From positions 26,044 to 90,043 of the IMG/VR virus record IMGVR_UViG_3300032007_000055: a DNA stretch of 64,000 bases; one strand, 5' to 3'. Below are positions 9,411-19,516 of the stretch, in pieces. The notes below the pieces were generated by a model that was given only the letters and a program-made list of their open reading frames with translations, was not told the DNA's origin and did not search any database. A program made the translations under genes and the position numbers. Origin of the DNA: a virus. Its lineage: Duplodnaviria > Caudoviricetes. Each line of letters begins with the position of its first letter. Position 1 is the stretch's first letter.

Positions 9411-10304
9411 CTATTTGTTAAATCTTGTCTTATAGCGAATGAAGTTGGGAATCAAATACAAATAACATGTTTTGAAATAATGATTGTAATTCCAAATGTT
9501 ATTGTTTTTGATCTTATTCATGTTGCGATTATCTTTAACATCATCCAATGGTGTAGTCCAGTTCTTATTAAGAACTGTGCTTTCATCTTCTTCCCAGCAA
9601 ATGCGATAAATACAAGAAGTCTTTGCGATATTGCTTTCTTTAATCTTCTCGTCATAAACAGGATAATAAATGCTGTTGTCAATTGCTTTTATTGATACGT
9701 CGGTTTCCACATTGTAGAAATCAACCAATGGGTATTTGTAAGTTTTCTTCTTGTTGTCAGTATCATAGAAATGTGTACGGAGTTCGATGTAGTTGATCTT
9801 TTGTTTGTCGAATATCGCACGCTTGCATGTTTCTTTGAAAGCAGTTTCAAGATGAATAAACAAGAAGTATTGCTTTCTGAGTTTGTCTCTGTAAACTGTT
9901 AACAACTCATGATTGTCAACAATGTTATCACTCTTAGTTTTTGTATTTTTTCTGTTTACAAACGTTTTAATAATCTTTTTATGTAGTTTCGAAAGCTTAG
10001 GATTCATAGACTCCCATGGCTCGAAAACTTTCAAATACATGTTGTTTTTGGTTATAATCTTCTGGATCAGTTCAAGATGTCGTTTCTTCAAACCTCCGAA
10101 CAATCCAAACTCAATAGGTACACGCAAAACAAGATTCTTAAAATCACTGATGACATATCGAGTCAAGTTGAACTTTGACAAAAGATTACGCTCTTTTCTC
10201 TTACCGTTGTTATTCGGTCGTCGGTTATTGCTCTTATTACGATCCGACTTATAGTTCCTTGACTGTTCATGGTGATGATGTTTTGTGGTTTTTCTACTTG
10301 GCAT
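9411..10304 (-). CDS. hypothetical protein with basic, disordered N-terminus
   Basis: 297-aa ORF, MPSRKTTKHHHHEQSRNYKSDRNK...; GGAGG RBS. Confidence 0.8.
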   Translation of the reverse strand: MPSRKTTKHHHHEQSRNYKSDRNKSNNRRPNNNGKRKERNLLSKFNLTRYVISDFKNLVLRVPIEFGLFGGLKKRHLELIQKIITKNNMYLKVFEPWESMNPKLSKLHKKIIKTFVNRKNTKTKSDNIVDNHELLTVYRDKLRKQYFLFIHLETAFKETCKRAIFDKQKINYIELRTHFYDTDNKKKTYKYPLVDFYNVETDVSIKAIDNSIYYPVYDEKIKESNIAKTSCIYRICWEEDESTVLNKNWTTPLDDVKDNRNMNKIKNNNIWNYNHYFKTCYLYLIPNFIRYKTRFNK

Positions 10305-10330
10305 TTTGATTTACCCTCCTTTAATACCAT

Positions 10331-12424
10331 TTAGAATTTAATTAATGAAGAAATTCCTAATTTCTTCGTGTTGCTTGTTTCATCAATGTAAGAACATGGT
10401 GAAAGTAGCAATGATGGGAAAAGACTTGTTAATGGTTGTAAATGTTTTTCACACATAGGATCAATCGATATGAATGGAACTATCCACTCTGGTACAGCAA
10501 GGGTATCCCCATATGCCGGAATTGCGAATTTTTTCAATCCAAATCGTGAAAAATCCCAACCATTAGCTTTAGGACGGAATACATATTTACGTATCCGTTC
10601 TTTTATATCATTAAACTTTTCTGGAATCCTATCCAAATCAGCTTCTGATATCAATGTGGTGTCAAATACATAGATTGCATCACCAGGAGATATGTAATCT
10701 TCAGGATACAAATCGTTCCATATAATTGACGCTCTAACATTTGAAGTCGTTTCTGGATCTTTAATGTTTTCGGCACCATTGAATTTAGCATAAATACCAA
10801 ACTCTTTATTTCCAGAACGAAGTTCTTGTTTAATATGATCTTGCAGTTTTACTACATCTGAGAACACAGTTATCGGATTATATTTTTCTGCATGAAGCAC
10901 ATCATCTTGAATAATTCGCAATGTTTCTGACGCAACATACTCGTTTAAACTAGCAGAACCTAATGCTCTACCTGTAATCGCAAGTTGTTTTTCTTTAGGA
11001 AGAAGTTTTCCCTCCTGAATTGTTTGAATACCAATATAATTCTTTTTGACGTTGAATAGAAGTACAATTGGGAAGAAGAATTCATTTTTCATATACATGT
11101 AGAACTTTTCTCCTTCGTTGTATTGATTACATGACTTAACGAAATTCATACAACATTTATCCATAAGATCAGATACCAATGTAAAGTACACCATAACCAT
11201 ACGGATTTTTGTTGAATCATCTTTCATCAAATCTTCACGATTGAATACTTTGAACGTTCTTCGTACTATATCAGACATTGAAGGCATTGTTGAATCTGTA
11301 TCACCAATTACACATACCTTTCGTCTTCTATTTTCATACTTGATAGTTCTATTTGCAACGATAATCGGATCCATTACAAACGCAGCTATAAGTTTTCTAT
11401 ACAAGAATAGTGTTTCATAGAATTCTGTTATATCTTCAGCGATATCTTTTGTCTTTTCATTCTCCTGGAAGAATTTCAAAACATCATCGTGCGTAAATTC
11501 AGGTTTAATCTTTTCGAACATATATGGATTAATGAAATCTATATTTGATGTGATTAATGCTTTAGCAACTTCTGCAACTTTTGGATTCAACGAAACTAAT
11601 GAAATTATATCGTTTGCATAGAAGAATAGAATACGTTTCCAATCTTCCATCATTTCAAACATCAAGAAACATGATTTGTTCATGTCTGAAATATTTTTGC
11701 GAATAAACTTAACATCTTTTGTAACATAAATAAACTTACGTCTACAGTCATCTGGAGTCGGAATATAATCAATGTATCGATTAACCAAATCATTAAATTC
11801 TGGTGTAGGTTGTTTTGATTTAAACAACATATCCAACCAACAGAATATTTCGTTTATATTTTCAAATGTGAAATTACTTCCTAAGAAACGTTCAATATTC
11901 CATACCATTTCAGAAATAAAGTTACGTGCTTGTGAAGTAATAGCTCCAGCCATATCGATATTTGAAATGAATCCGGAACCCATAGTTGAAGCACCATAAA
12001 TTGAGTTTGTGTTTGCTTTAACCTTATTCTGCATGTTATTGTAGTAGAATTCTTTTTCCGAATCACCTGCAGCTTTTGCTTCAAGCATCTTCTTTTTGTA
12101 TTTAGCACGAGAATCCATCCAATCATTGATAACGATGTAGTTGATTGGAAGTTTATTCTCTGTAAAAAGTCCATTTGCTAATATATTCAAATGACCACTT
12201 GCAATATCTCGTAGTACTTCATTTACTTCGATTTCAGAATGATAATTGTATTGATAAAGATTTCTTATATGTGCTTTAAGTTGCACATTTTCTGCAGGTT
12301 TACAGATTTTTTCAATGTAAGAATTTATATAATTCTCACTAACCTGACCATTGTAAGTATTTGTAAGAATATCTCTTACTTTAGATTTATATAATGTTAG
12401 AAATGAGTTTGTGTTTTCAAACAT
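10331..12424 (-). CDS. polB: family B DNA polymerase, split subunit (fingers/palm C/thumb)
   Basis: motif B QNKVKANTNSIYG, motif C IGDTDS, KKNYIG; no exonuclease motifs or motif A (DxxSLYPS) seen. Confidence 0.88.
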   Translation of the reverse strand: MFENTNSFLTLYKSKVRDILTNTYNGQVSENYINSYIEKICKPAENVQLKAHIRNLYQYNYHSEIEVNEVLRDIASGHLNILANGLFTENKLPINYIVINDWMDSRAKYKKKMLEAKAAGDSEKEFYYNNMQNKVKANTNSIYGASTMGSGFISNIDMAGAITSQARNFISEMVWNIERFLGSNFTFENINEIFCWLDMLFKSKQPTPEFNDLVNRYIDYIPTPDDCRRKFIYVTKDVKFIRKNISDMNKSCFLMFEMMEDWKRILFFYANDIISLVSLNPKVAEVAKALITSNIDFINPYMFEKIKPEFTHDDVLKFFQENEKTKDIAEDITEFYETLFLYRKLIAAFVMDPIIVANRTIKYENRRRKVCVIGDTDSTMPSMSDIVRRTFKVFNREDLMKDDSTKIRMVMVYFTLVSDLMDKCCMNFVKSCNQYNEGEKFYMYMKNEFFFPIVLLFNVKKNYIGIQTIQEGKLLPKEKQLAITGRALGSASLNEYVASETLRIIQDDVLHAEKYNPITVFSDVVKLQDHIKQELRSGNKEFGIYAKFNGAENIKDPETTSNVRASIIWNDLYPEDYISPGDAIYVFDTTLISEADLDRIPEKFNDIKERIRKYVFRPKANGWDFSRFGLKKFAIPAYGDTLAVPEWIVPFISIDPMCEKHLQPLTSLFPSLLLSPCSYIDETSNTKKLGISSLIKF

Positions 12425-12571
12425 TATAAACGACCTCCAATTGTGTATACATAATATAGTTGTCTATAAAATAAAACTTTACTTTAAAGTCATATATAAA
12501 CTATATAATTAAAGAAAAAATAGAAAAAAAAACGTGGTGTATAAAACACCACGTTTTAAAGTTTTGGAACC

Positions 12572-13435
12572 TTACGACACTTTCTTGAAAAAATCCTTAA
12601 AGACTTTTTGACGAGCGATATCCTCGGACGATTGGTGGTCATACACAGAAATTTTCAAGAACTTTCTACCAAGATTAGCCAAGTGATCTATTTCGATATT
12701 GTGGGCTATTCTAAGCTGGTTTAAGTTCTCTTTTCCGTATATACAGAACATCCAATTAAGAACGTGCTGAAATCTTCTGTACTTTGTTCCGAGAACAAGG
12801 TCTATCGGGAAGGTGAAATCTCCAAACCATTTGGGAAGGATGACTTCGTTATACCCGATGATGTCAGCGTTGATCTCTCTGTCAATGCATTCTTGGACTT
12901 CCATTCTGTCACCGGTATGAGCGATTTCGTCAGGAAGATCCAACTGATGGATCGGATCGTCGTTAATACAATGCCCGATTTCATGAGATATTGTGAAATA
13001 CTTAACGTACTTAAGAAATTCGTACTTTTCACAATAATCGTAAACATCGGAATTGATTACGATGTAGTAACTGAGTGTTTCGGTTTCTTTATTTTTGTCA
13101 CGCGTCCTTATGCATATTGAAAATGCCCCGGTTGTATCTTTAAACTCATTAATAAAGTCGACATTTTCACATATCAACATCATTTCATGAAATGATGTTT
13201 CGAGCATATAGATATCGTGCCCTTCATTTGATTTGAAAGGTGTTTTCTTTGCCAGATCGTAAATGAAATCTATTGTCGAAATTTTATTGAATTTGAAGAA
13301 TCCGCTACACCCTTCATCCTTCATGACCTTTTTGTCTCTAGCCTTAAAATCTTTTGACAAAAAGTTATAGAGAACACCAGGTGTTCTCTTAGGGTCGTAA
13401 TATTTGTTCCAAAATTGTTTAATGGCTTTATCCAT
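12572..13435 (-). CDS. HExxH zinc metallopeptidase-like protein (ImmA/IrrE-like)
   Basis: ISHEIGHC followed by REINAD; early promoter motif at 13452-13465. Confidence 0.65.
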   Translation of the reverse strand: MDKAIKQFWNKYYDPKRTPGVLYNFLSKDFKARDKKVMKDEGCSGFFKFNKISTIDFIYDLAKKTPFKSNEGHDIYMLETSFHEMMLICENVDFINEFKDTTGAFSICIRTRDKNKETETLSYYIVINSDVYDYCEKYEFLKYVKYFTISHEIGHCINDDPIHQLDLPDEIAHTGDRMEVQECIDREINADIIGYNEVILPKWFGDFTFPIDLVLGTKYRRFQHVLNWMFCIYGKENLNQLRIAHNIEIDHLANLGRKFLKISVYDHQSSEDIARQKVFKDFFKKVS

Positions 13436-13520
13436 TATATACCTCCATTAATATAATATGTAAATATATTCAAGATAAAAAAAGAAGGAGTTAAAAACTC
13501 CTTCTTTTAATGTGTAGGCA

Positions 13521-14219
13521 TTATTGTTTAATAATGTCTTTCCAAGGTCGGACATCCTTATTTGAAGGATCAAGACCGATCTCAGAGCACATTTTTTCCA
13601 TAATGGCCAGTGGTGGAACAGCCAGTGGTGTCAATTTCAGATTGTCGAATTTATTACCGACATACTCACATTCTAAATAAATGAGTCTATTAACTGAAAC
13701 CAACTCATAATGATACTTTGGATCGTCCTGGTCAAAAACAACATTTACTGCAGTTTTTATTTTTCTGAAATACGGTTTGTGGCCTAATCCAGAAAAACAA
13801 TCGTAAATATTGTCATAAACATCATCCGCGATTTCGGTTTCGTATTCGTCGTTAATCTCATTGCCATCAACAACACGTTTAATTTTACGTGTTAAATAGA
13901 AATGCAAATCAAAGTCGCTGTAAATGTCCGAATGCTTCAGGTCAACCCCATAATTACTGGTCGTGAACTGTTTGATGAACAAATCACGACGTGCGTCAAA
14001 TGTTTCTGGTAAGATAACATTATGGTGCACCGCGTCTTTCCTAAGTCTGATGACTTTACCATCGTTAGTAAAATCATTAGCGCTTGAGAAATATGCATCG
14101 CGCTTGAAAGTGATGTCGTTCATTCTCACGAACTTCGGATTACTTTCAATTTTCCCCAACACATTATTACCAAAATTTTCCAAAGAAATTGGAATTTTGA
14201 ATTCAACTTCTTTTCCCAT
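13521..14219 (-). CDS. CYTH-superfamily (class IV adenylate cyclase / triphosphatase-like) protein
   Basis: N-terminal EVEFK (ExExK), RDAYF, IRLRK, LTRK, EYETEI, YLECE; start moved to 14219 behind GGAGGT. Confidence 0.8.
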   Translation of the reverse strand: MGKEVEFKIPISLENFGNNVLGKIESNPKFVRMNDITFKRDAYFSSANDFTNDGKVIRLRKDAVHHNVILPETFDARRDLFIKQFTTSNYGVDLKHSDIYSDFDLHFYLTRKIKRVVDGNEINDEYETEIADDVYDNIYDCFSGLGHKPYFRKIKTAVNVVFDQDDPKYHYELVSVNRLIYLECEYVGNKFDNLKLTPLAVPPLAIMEKMCSEIGLDPSNKDVRPWKDIIKQ

Positions 14220-14267
14220 AGGTACCTCCATTAATATAATATATAAGTCTTTTTTTTGTAGAATAAC

Positions 14268-14302
14268 AAAAAAAAAAGAAAGCCCGAAAAAGCTTTCTTT
14301 TT
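14268..14302. terminator. bidirectional intrinsic terminator
   Basis: AAGAAAGC/GCTTTCTT stem flanked by A and T runs. Confidence 0.7.
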
Positions 14303-14324
14303 CCCACCCTTAATTGTTTCGTAT

Positions 14325-14532
14325 ATACAGTCAACCGTGTCGCAGTGTGCAACATCAAAATGGACTAAGATAACTCCACCCTATTAGGCGAAGCACTCGT
14401 TCATCAGAAGAGACAGGTTAGTCTAAGCACCGTAACCGCGCAGCACGGAATGACTGTCAAATCAAGGATAGTTCAGTTTTGAAAACTGCTATGGACTTGT
14501 CCCAACAGGCCTTATTTGTGATTCGTCCACTT
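14325..14532 (-). ncRNA. candidate ~210-nt structured ncRNA, family not recognised
   Basis: no ORF; lies between promoter motif 14540-14551 and terminator; GC-richer than flanks; several long helices (see findings). Confidence 0.6.
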
Positions 14533-14539
14533 TCAGTAT

Positions 14540-14551
14540 TACAATATGTAA
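14540..14551 (-). promoter_or_regulatory. putative early promoter variant (TTACATATTGTA)
   Basis: one-mismatch copy of the recurring motif, pointing into the ncRNA. Confidence 0.6.
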
Positions 14552-14613
14552 TTCACTTTTTTTCTAACAAATATAGAATAGTGCTAACGTGAGTAGCACT
14601 ATTCTACAAATTA

Positions 14614-14886
14614 TTACTTCTTAAAAGTCTTGTATGTCATATTATTAAGTTTGCGTAAAAGTATCTTTAAAGAACGTCTAGCATCACTCTTTTCTTTAAT
14701 GAATTTTTTAGAATCATTAGCGCGGTACATATCAGCAATATCATCAACTACCACACCAAGTACTTCTGCAAAATCCATATTTTCTGGACTTACATCTTCC
14801 AAAGCTTTTACAGATTCTTTGAATTTTTCATTATCGAATGTTTTTTCGCTCATATTGACTATCTCCCAAGAAAATAAACCAAACAT
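14614..14886 (-). CDS. hypothetical protein
   Basis: 90-aa ORF; true start probably MSEKTFD. Confidence 0.7.
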   Translation of the reverse strand: MFGLFSWEIVNMSEKTFDNEKFKESVKALEDVSPENMDFAEVLGVVVDDIADMYRANDSKKFIKEKSDARRSLKILLRKLNNMTYKTFKK

Positions 14887-14924
14887 GTTTGTTTTCTTCT
14901 TATATAATATATAAAAATGTTAAA

Positions 14925-15332
14925 TTAAAACAAAGTGGCAGTGCACCCAGTCATTTTTCCATAACGATAACGACGTTTGTATTTAAGGGGAGACATATTA
15001 AGCACTTCATATTCGCGCAACAACATATTTCCATCAGTCATACTATCTCGAATTTCAACATACTTGATTTTTCCAAGTTTTCCATTTTTATTATATTCGT
15101 CAATCATTAAAGAAATCATCTTTATTTTTGTTCGATAATCTCCACAATCAGCTACAAATTTAACTGCAGAAATTCCTGATCCTATTGGAACTCTGGTGTA
15201 TGTTGGCGAGGGCATTTTATAAGTCACATAGTTGTCATGTTCGCCAAAGAGATAAACTTTTACTGGTATTGAAGATGGAGGTACATAACTACCACCATCT
15301 CGTTGATCTTCTTTTCTTATAACCACTGGCAT
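14925..15332 (-). CDS. hypothetical protein
   Basis: 135-aa ORF with GGAGG RBS. Confidence 0.8.
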   Translation of the reverse strand: MPVVIRKEDQRDGGSYVPPSSIPVKVYLFGEHDNYVTYKMPSPTYTRVPIGSGISAVKFVADCGDYRTKIKMISLMIDEYNKNGKLGKIKYVEIRDSMTDGNMLLREYEVLNMSPLKYKRRYRYGKMTGCTATLF

Positions 15333-15335
15333 ATT

Positions 15336-15611
15336 TTATTTTTCCTCCTTCAATTTCATTTCATGAGTGAGATAATCTAGTTGTAATTCATGTGCTTGTT
15401 TTAATTTTTCTTCAACATCTTTATTTTCTTGTATCGTTGCAGGATGTTTACACTCTCCAAACATTGGATTTTGCACTTTTTTCTCGTTATAAGTTTCGAT
15501 CATCTTTTTGGTAAAGTAATGTTGTGGAATTGTTATAGAAGAGTTTGGAAATATAAGTGTCGAATGCATCATTTTTGACAACCTCCTTTTATTTGTGCTC
15601 GTTTTTTCCAC
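15336..15611 (-). CDS. hypothetical protein
   Basis: 91-aa ORF in early operon. Confidence 0.6.
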   Translation of the reverse strand: MEKTSTNKRRLSKMMHSTLIFPNSSITIPQHYFTKKMIETYNEKKVQNPMFGECKHPATIQENKDVEEKLKQAHELQLDYLTHEMKLKEEK

Positions 15612-15783
15612 TTACCGCATATAAATTATTTATTCTACGAAATACATCAAATGCATCTTCTGGTGTAGATTCAATATTATAAAAAACTGTCTTGAAATTC
15701 CTTCTAGCGTCAAGGATTTTGCGAACTGTTTCTACCGTGAGCATAGATTTGTGCTGTGATGGCAAATATGGTGATTTGTTCAT
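15589..15783 (-). CDS. hypothetical protein
   Basis: 64-aa ORF, AGGAGG RBS, promoter motif 15811-15822. Confidence 0.7.
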   Translation of the reverse strand: MNKSPYLPSQHKSMLTVETVRKILDARRNFKTVFYNIESTPEDAFDVFRRINNLYAVSGKNEHK

Positions 15784-15901
15784 TGATTAATTCCTCCTGT
15801 ATAGTATGAATATAATATATAACTATAAAAGAAATACAAAATTCTTTACAGTAATATATTATATTAATGATAGTAGTAAATCATTCAAAGGAGGTATCTA
15901 T

Positions 15902-16033
15902 ATGAATGAAAACGAAAACACAACTACTGAATTTTCTCAACAGAAACAAAAACCTTGCATCGTTCCCGCCGGGATGCGTCGCATGATGGAAAAGCTTAAT
16001 GCTCTTCCTAACGATGAAGAAAATTCAAAGTAA
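15902..16033 (+). CDS. 43-aa hypothetical protein
   Basis: GGAGGT RBS, plus-strand promoter-like TAATATATTATA at 15852-15863, terminator after stop; MNENENTT...EENSK. Confidence 0.65.
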   Translation: MNENENTTTEFSQQKQKPCIVPAGMRRMMEKLNALPNDEENSK

Positions 16034-16076
16034 AAAGAAGGGAGCTTTAAGCTCCCTTCTTTTTTTTTATAATTTG

Positions 16077-17048
16077 TTATTTCTTAGCAGGTTTCTTTTC
16101 TTCGGCAGCAGGAGCAGCACCTTTAGTTTCCTTAAGAGTCTGAGCCATTTTTTCGTTGGCTTTGTTAACGAGATCAAGAAGCTCGGTGTCGTCTTTAATC
16201 TGTTTGTCGACAGAAGCTATTGTCTCATTAGCATTGGCAACATCTTCTTTGACAAGCTTTAACATCTTTTCGCGAATCTGCTTTCTTGTGTTATCCGTCA
16301 AGAACTTTTGAGCACCGACAAGAACTGACTTGTCGACTTCGATAGGAGCATTGTTTTTAACAAAATCAGTATCAACAAATTTCTGATCAATAACAGCATT
16401 CTTGTCAGCAGTTCCATTTTTCTTACAAATAGCCAAAGCCAATTTGAAGAACTTAAGAAGACCCATCATATACTGACGATCGATTTCTTGCTGTTTCTGA
16501 AGCATGTTAAGAGCAGTTTTCTTTTCTTCTGTAATTTCGCCGGCACCATTGAGACCGCCGATAAGAGCATTCATATAAAGGTGAGACTGCTGCAACCAAG
16601 CTTTGATCTGTTCGGCGACTTCGCCCTTATACTGAGCAGCTACGATTTTGATACCGATGTTCTTGAAGAACTCAGCGATCTTCTCGAAGATCTCAATGAA
16701 CTTGGCCTTGATCTTGGCAGCAACAGCCTTAACGTCTACGCCTTCAAGAGACATAGCATTGTTGCAGAAAGACTCAACACTGTTAGCAACATTGGCATTA
16801 CCAATCGTCTTAACATTGTAGGCTGTAGAGATCTTCTTGATCATCTTCAACTTCTCAGCAGAGTGAAGAGACTGCAACTTGTCATATGTATCAACAAAAT
16901 GGAGCTGCTCAGAAGTGCGAGCCAAGTCCATATCTACACCATCATTATATCCGTCAAACGGAACACCATTGATCTTAGATTCCTTGCTTTCGGGTGAAGC
17001 CAAGCCAGTACCAACAGCCATCAAAGATTCGAAACTCATTTCATTCAT
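16077..17048 (-). CDS. phiKZ-type internal head protein
   Basis: SFE/SVE/SLE (S/A/G-x-E prohead protease-type sites) followed by amphipathic KIKAKFIEIFEKIAEFFK helix. Confidence 0.7.
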   Translation of the reverse strand: MNEMSFESLMAVGTGLASPESKESKINGVPFDGYNDGVDMDLARTSEQLHFVDTYDKLQSLHSAEKLKMIKKISTAYNVKTIGNANVANSVESFCNNAMSLEGVDVKAVAAKIKAKFIEIFEKIAEFFKNIGIKIVAAQYKGEVAEQIKAWLQQSHLYMNALIGGLNGAGEITEEKKTALNMLQKQQEIDRQYMMGLLKFFKLALAICKKNGTADKNAVIDQKFVDTDFVKNNAPIEVDKSVLVGAQKFLTDNTRKQIREKMLKLVKEDVANANETIASVDKQIKDDTELLDLVNKANEKMAQTLKETKGAAPAAEEKKPAKK

Positions 17049-17271
17049 AATTTTTCTCCTTAAATATGAGTTAAAAAAAATTTTTTGTATATATTCTAAA
17101 AATGAACTTATTGAAAAAATATTTAAAGTTCATTTGTTGTCGTGTCAAAAACATTTCTAAATTCTAGGTTTCAATTCCATTATATTTGTAAACTGTTGTT
17201 TTTCTTAAGTAAATATGAAAACACACATGTTATAACAAACGATAATGAAATAAACTTTAATCTAAAAACGT

Positions 17272-18537
17272 TTAGCGCATTTGCCTATTCAAGTCTTTTG
17301 CAGTATTATTTAAATTGCGATATTGTTGACGTTTTTCTGCTGTAGTACGTCTTCTTGTATCTCCATCATAGTCATCAGCATAGCGATTGTCTTTAGATCG
17401 CTTATGAGCAACATTAAGAGAACTATCGTACTTCTTATCACGAGCAGCATTTTCAACATCAAGCATTTCATTTATCGCTTTAACTGCAAGTTTATCGATA
17501 CGAAGAATCATATCGAAGTAGATATTAATACAATCGATTAAGTAAACTTTTTTATCCAAAAGTTCCTTGCATGACGCATTAATACCTTCCCAAATGGAAT
17601 CGATGATTTTGCCTTCATCTTTTTTATTATCCATAGGGGTTTGTTTAAATTTAGCAATAGCCATCTGCTTACTTGTTTTTATGTCATTCAAAACCTTATT
17701 ATTTACAGTTTTTTCCATGACAGCAGCGACCATATTACTAACATTAAACACGTCTTGTTTATTTGAATCTGCCAAAATATCAAAACTATCAGCAGATTTG
17801 AAAATATCTGTAACACTTTGCTCAACAGGACGTTCTTCTGGATTAGAAACAAATAATGTTACAATAAGATGGTTTGGTTTAGGAAATCCTTTTAAAACCA
17901 TATTCTTAGATGTGTAACCATAAATTCCAGTTTCACGGTGACTGAGCAAAATCTTAGCAATTTTGAATTTTGTTGCATTAAGTATTTTATCTTTCCAAGA
18001 TAATTTATCTTGGTTAACATTTGAACCATTTATATTTTGAGTCAATGCATCTTTACAATAACCTGCAACGACAGCTATTGCTTGATCAGCTGTCATTTTG
18101 GTTTCCAAACTTTTGGACATCTGTACGACTGTTTGATAAAGTTTATTTATATCAGAAACTATAGATCGTATATACGTTTGAGCAGGTCCTGTTAAAATAG
18201 TTACAGGATCATCAATCATCTGATTTTCGACAACTCTAGCTTGACCAGCATAGCGGTCATACAAACCTGATTTTATACGATCTAGATATTTACGATAAAA
18301 CATTAAATTTTTACCTTGTCTAGCCCACAATTGAAATTTCTTACTAATTGTGTTAGCTTTACCAGGTATTTCTTTTATTTTATCAAAAATAGTTTGTTTC
18401 TTTTCATCATTAGCTTCAACCATATGCTTTGAATTGGAAGGAGGTGGTTTGGAAGCTGCGTTATTTACAGGTGGTTTTTCTTGTGAATTTACATCTGCCT
18501 CCACAGATCGACACAAATCAAAATAACTTACATCCAT
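17272..18537 (-). CDS. putative virion (head) protein
   Basis: 421 aa; SVE site near the N-terminus; AACA-N6-TA late motif at 18566-18577. Confidence 0.55.
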   Translation of the reverse strand: MDVSYFDLCRSVEADVNSQEKPPVNNAASKPPPSNSKHMVEANDEKKQTIFDKIKEIPGKANTISKKFQLWARQGKNLMFYRKYLDRIKSGLYDRYAGQARVVENQMIDDPVTILTGPAQTYIRSIVSDINKLYQTVVQMSKSLETKMTADQAIAVVAGYCKDALTQNINGSNVNQDKLSWKDKILNATKFKIAKILLSHRETGIYGYTSKNMVLKGFPKPNHLIVTLFVSNPEERPVEQSVTDIFKSADSFDILADSNKQDVFNVSNMVAAVMEKTVNNKVLNDIKTSKQMAIAKFKQTPMDNKKDEGKIIDSIWEGINASCKELLDKKVYLIDCINIYFDMILRIDKLAVKAINEMLDVENAARDKKYDSSLNVAHKRSKDNRYADDYDGDTRRRTTAEKRQQYRNLNNTAKDLNRQMR

Positions 18538-18637
18538 AATTCTTTTCTACTTATATGTAAAATTATATTATTATGTTCGTTTTTATACTATATATAGAAT
18601 AAATATAAAAAAGAGAGCAAAAACGCTCTCTTTTTAA

Positions 18638-19435
18638 TTAATCGACTTTGACAACTTGTTCAGGAAATAGTCCAATTTCACAATTATTTGGTCTAGGAAG
18701 ATTGCGATATTTGTAAAACATATCGTATAATTCATCATCTATACCATTATGAGCATCTGGACCAATGATAGTTATCTTCTGGAGGTTATTTTTTATAACA
18801 AAATCCAATGTAGAAACAACATTTGGCGTAACAATACTGTTATAATTAGCATCTTTTAACAGATTATTGAAACCAACTTTGTCTTCACTAGCATAATGGA
18901 ATTTGACTTTGTTTTGAGATACGCTTGATGGAAAGAATACCTTTTCAAAATCGCATCGTAGCATTTCACAATTCGGGAATTTATACGGAAAATAGAATCC
19001 AATAGACGAAAAATAATTAGACATTTTAGTTAATCCAATGAAAAGAGATGACTTAAATGATAATTGCATTATTTTCCAATAAAATTGCTGCTTTATTTTA
19101 TTTATAGTCTCTTTTGCCACAGTATTTTTAAATATTTCATAAACGTATTTAATACCAATATCGTATTCATTCGATCGTGTAAAAAAACGTTCTAGATCGA
19201 CTTTATAGTTACCTTCAAACAAAGAATTCATTACTTCAATCAAACCAATTGAAGTAAATTGACATATATCGTCCCAATACACAAGACAATTTATTGGTTC
19301 TTGTCGGCGATTATTGTATATTTCTTTTAACTCACCATAAGTTATTGTATTTTTACCCATTTGTATTTGTGTATCGTCTTTAAGATTAGGATCAGTATGC
19401 ATTTCTAGTTCAGGTATATCTTCTCTAATATCCAT
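18638..19435 (-). CDS. hypothetical protein
   Basis: 265-aa ORF. Confidence 0.8.
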   Translation of the reverse strand: MDIREDIPELEMHTDPNLKDDTQIQMGKNTITYGELKEIYNNRRQEPINCLVYWDDICQFTSIGLIEVMNSLFEGNYKVDLERFFTRSNEYDIGIKYVYEIFKNTVAKETINKIKQQFYWKIMQLSFKSSLFIGLTKMSNYFSSIGFYFPYKFPNCEMLRCDFEKVFFPSSVSQNKVKFHYASEDKVGFNNLLKDANYNSIVTPNVVSTLDFVIKNNLQKITIIGPDAHNGIDDELYDMFYKYRNLPRPNNCEIGLFPEQVVKVD

Positions 19436-19516
19436 AATATTTAAACCTCATATATTTTTATGTGTGGGAATTAATAATGAATTAAAAACCTGGAGCCATC
19501 ATCGACTCCAGATGTT

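Noticed and set aside
14390-14410. CTGATGA (minus strand) suggesting a hammerhead ribozyme
   Set aside because: No stem II followed by GAAA and no matching stem I/III arrangement
14365-14426. GACTAA/TTAGTC pairing resembling group I intron P7
   Set aside because: No recognisable P4-P6 core, element too short, and it does not interrupt a gene
18638-19435. Possible HAD-like nucleotidase (YWDDIC)
   Set aside because: DxD motif I is not intact and other HAD motifs were not recognisable
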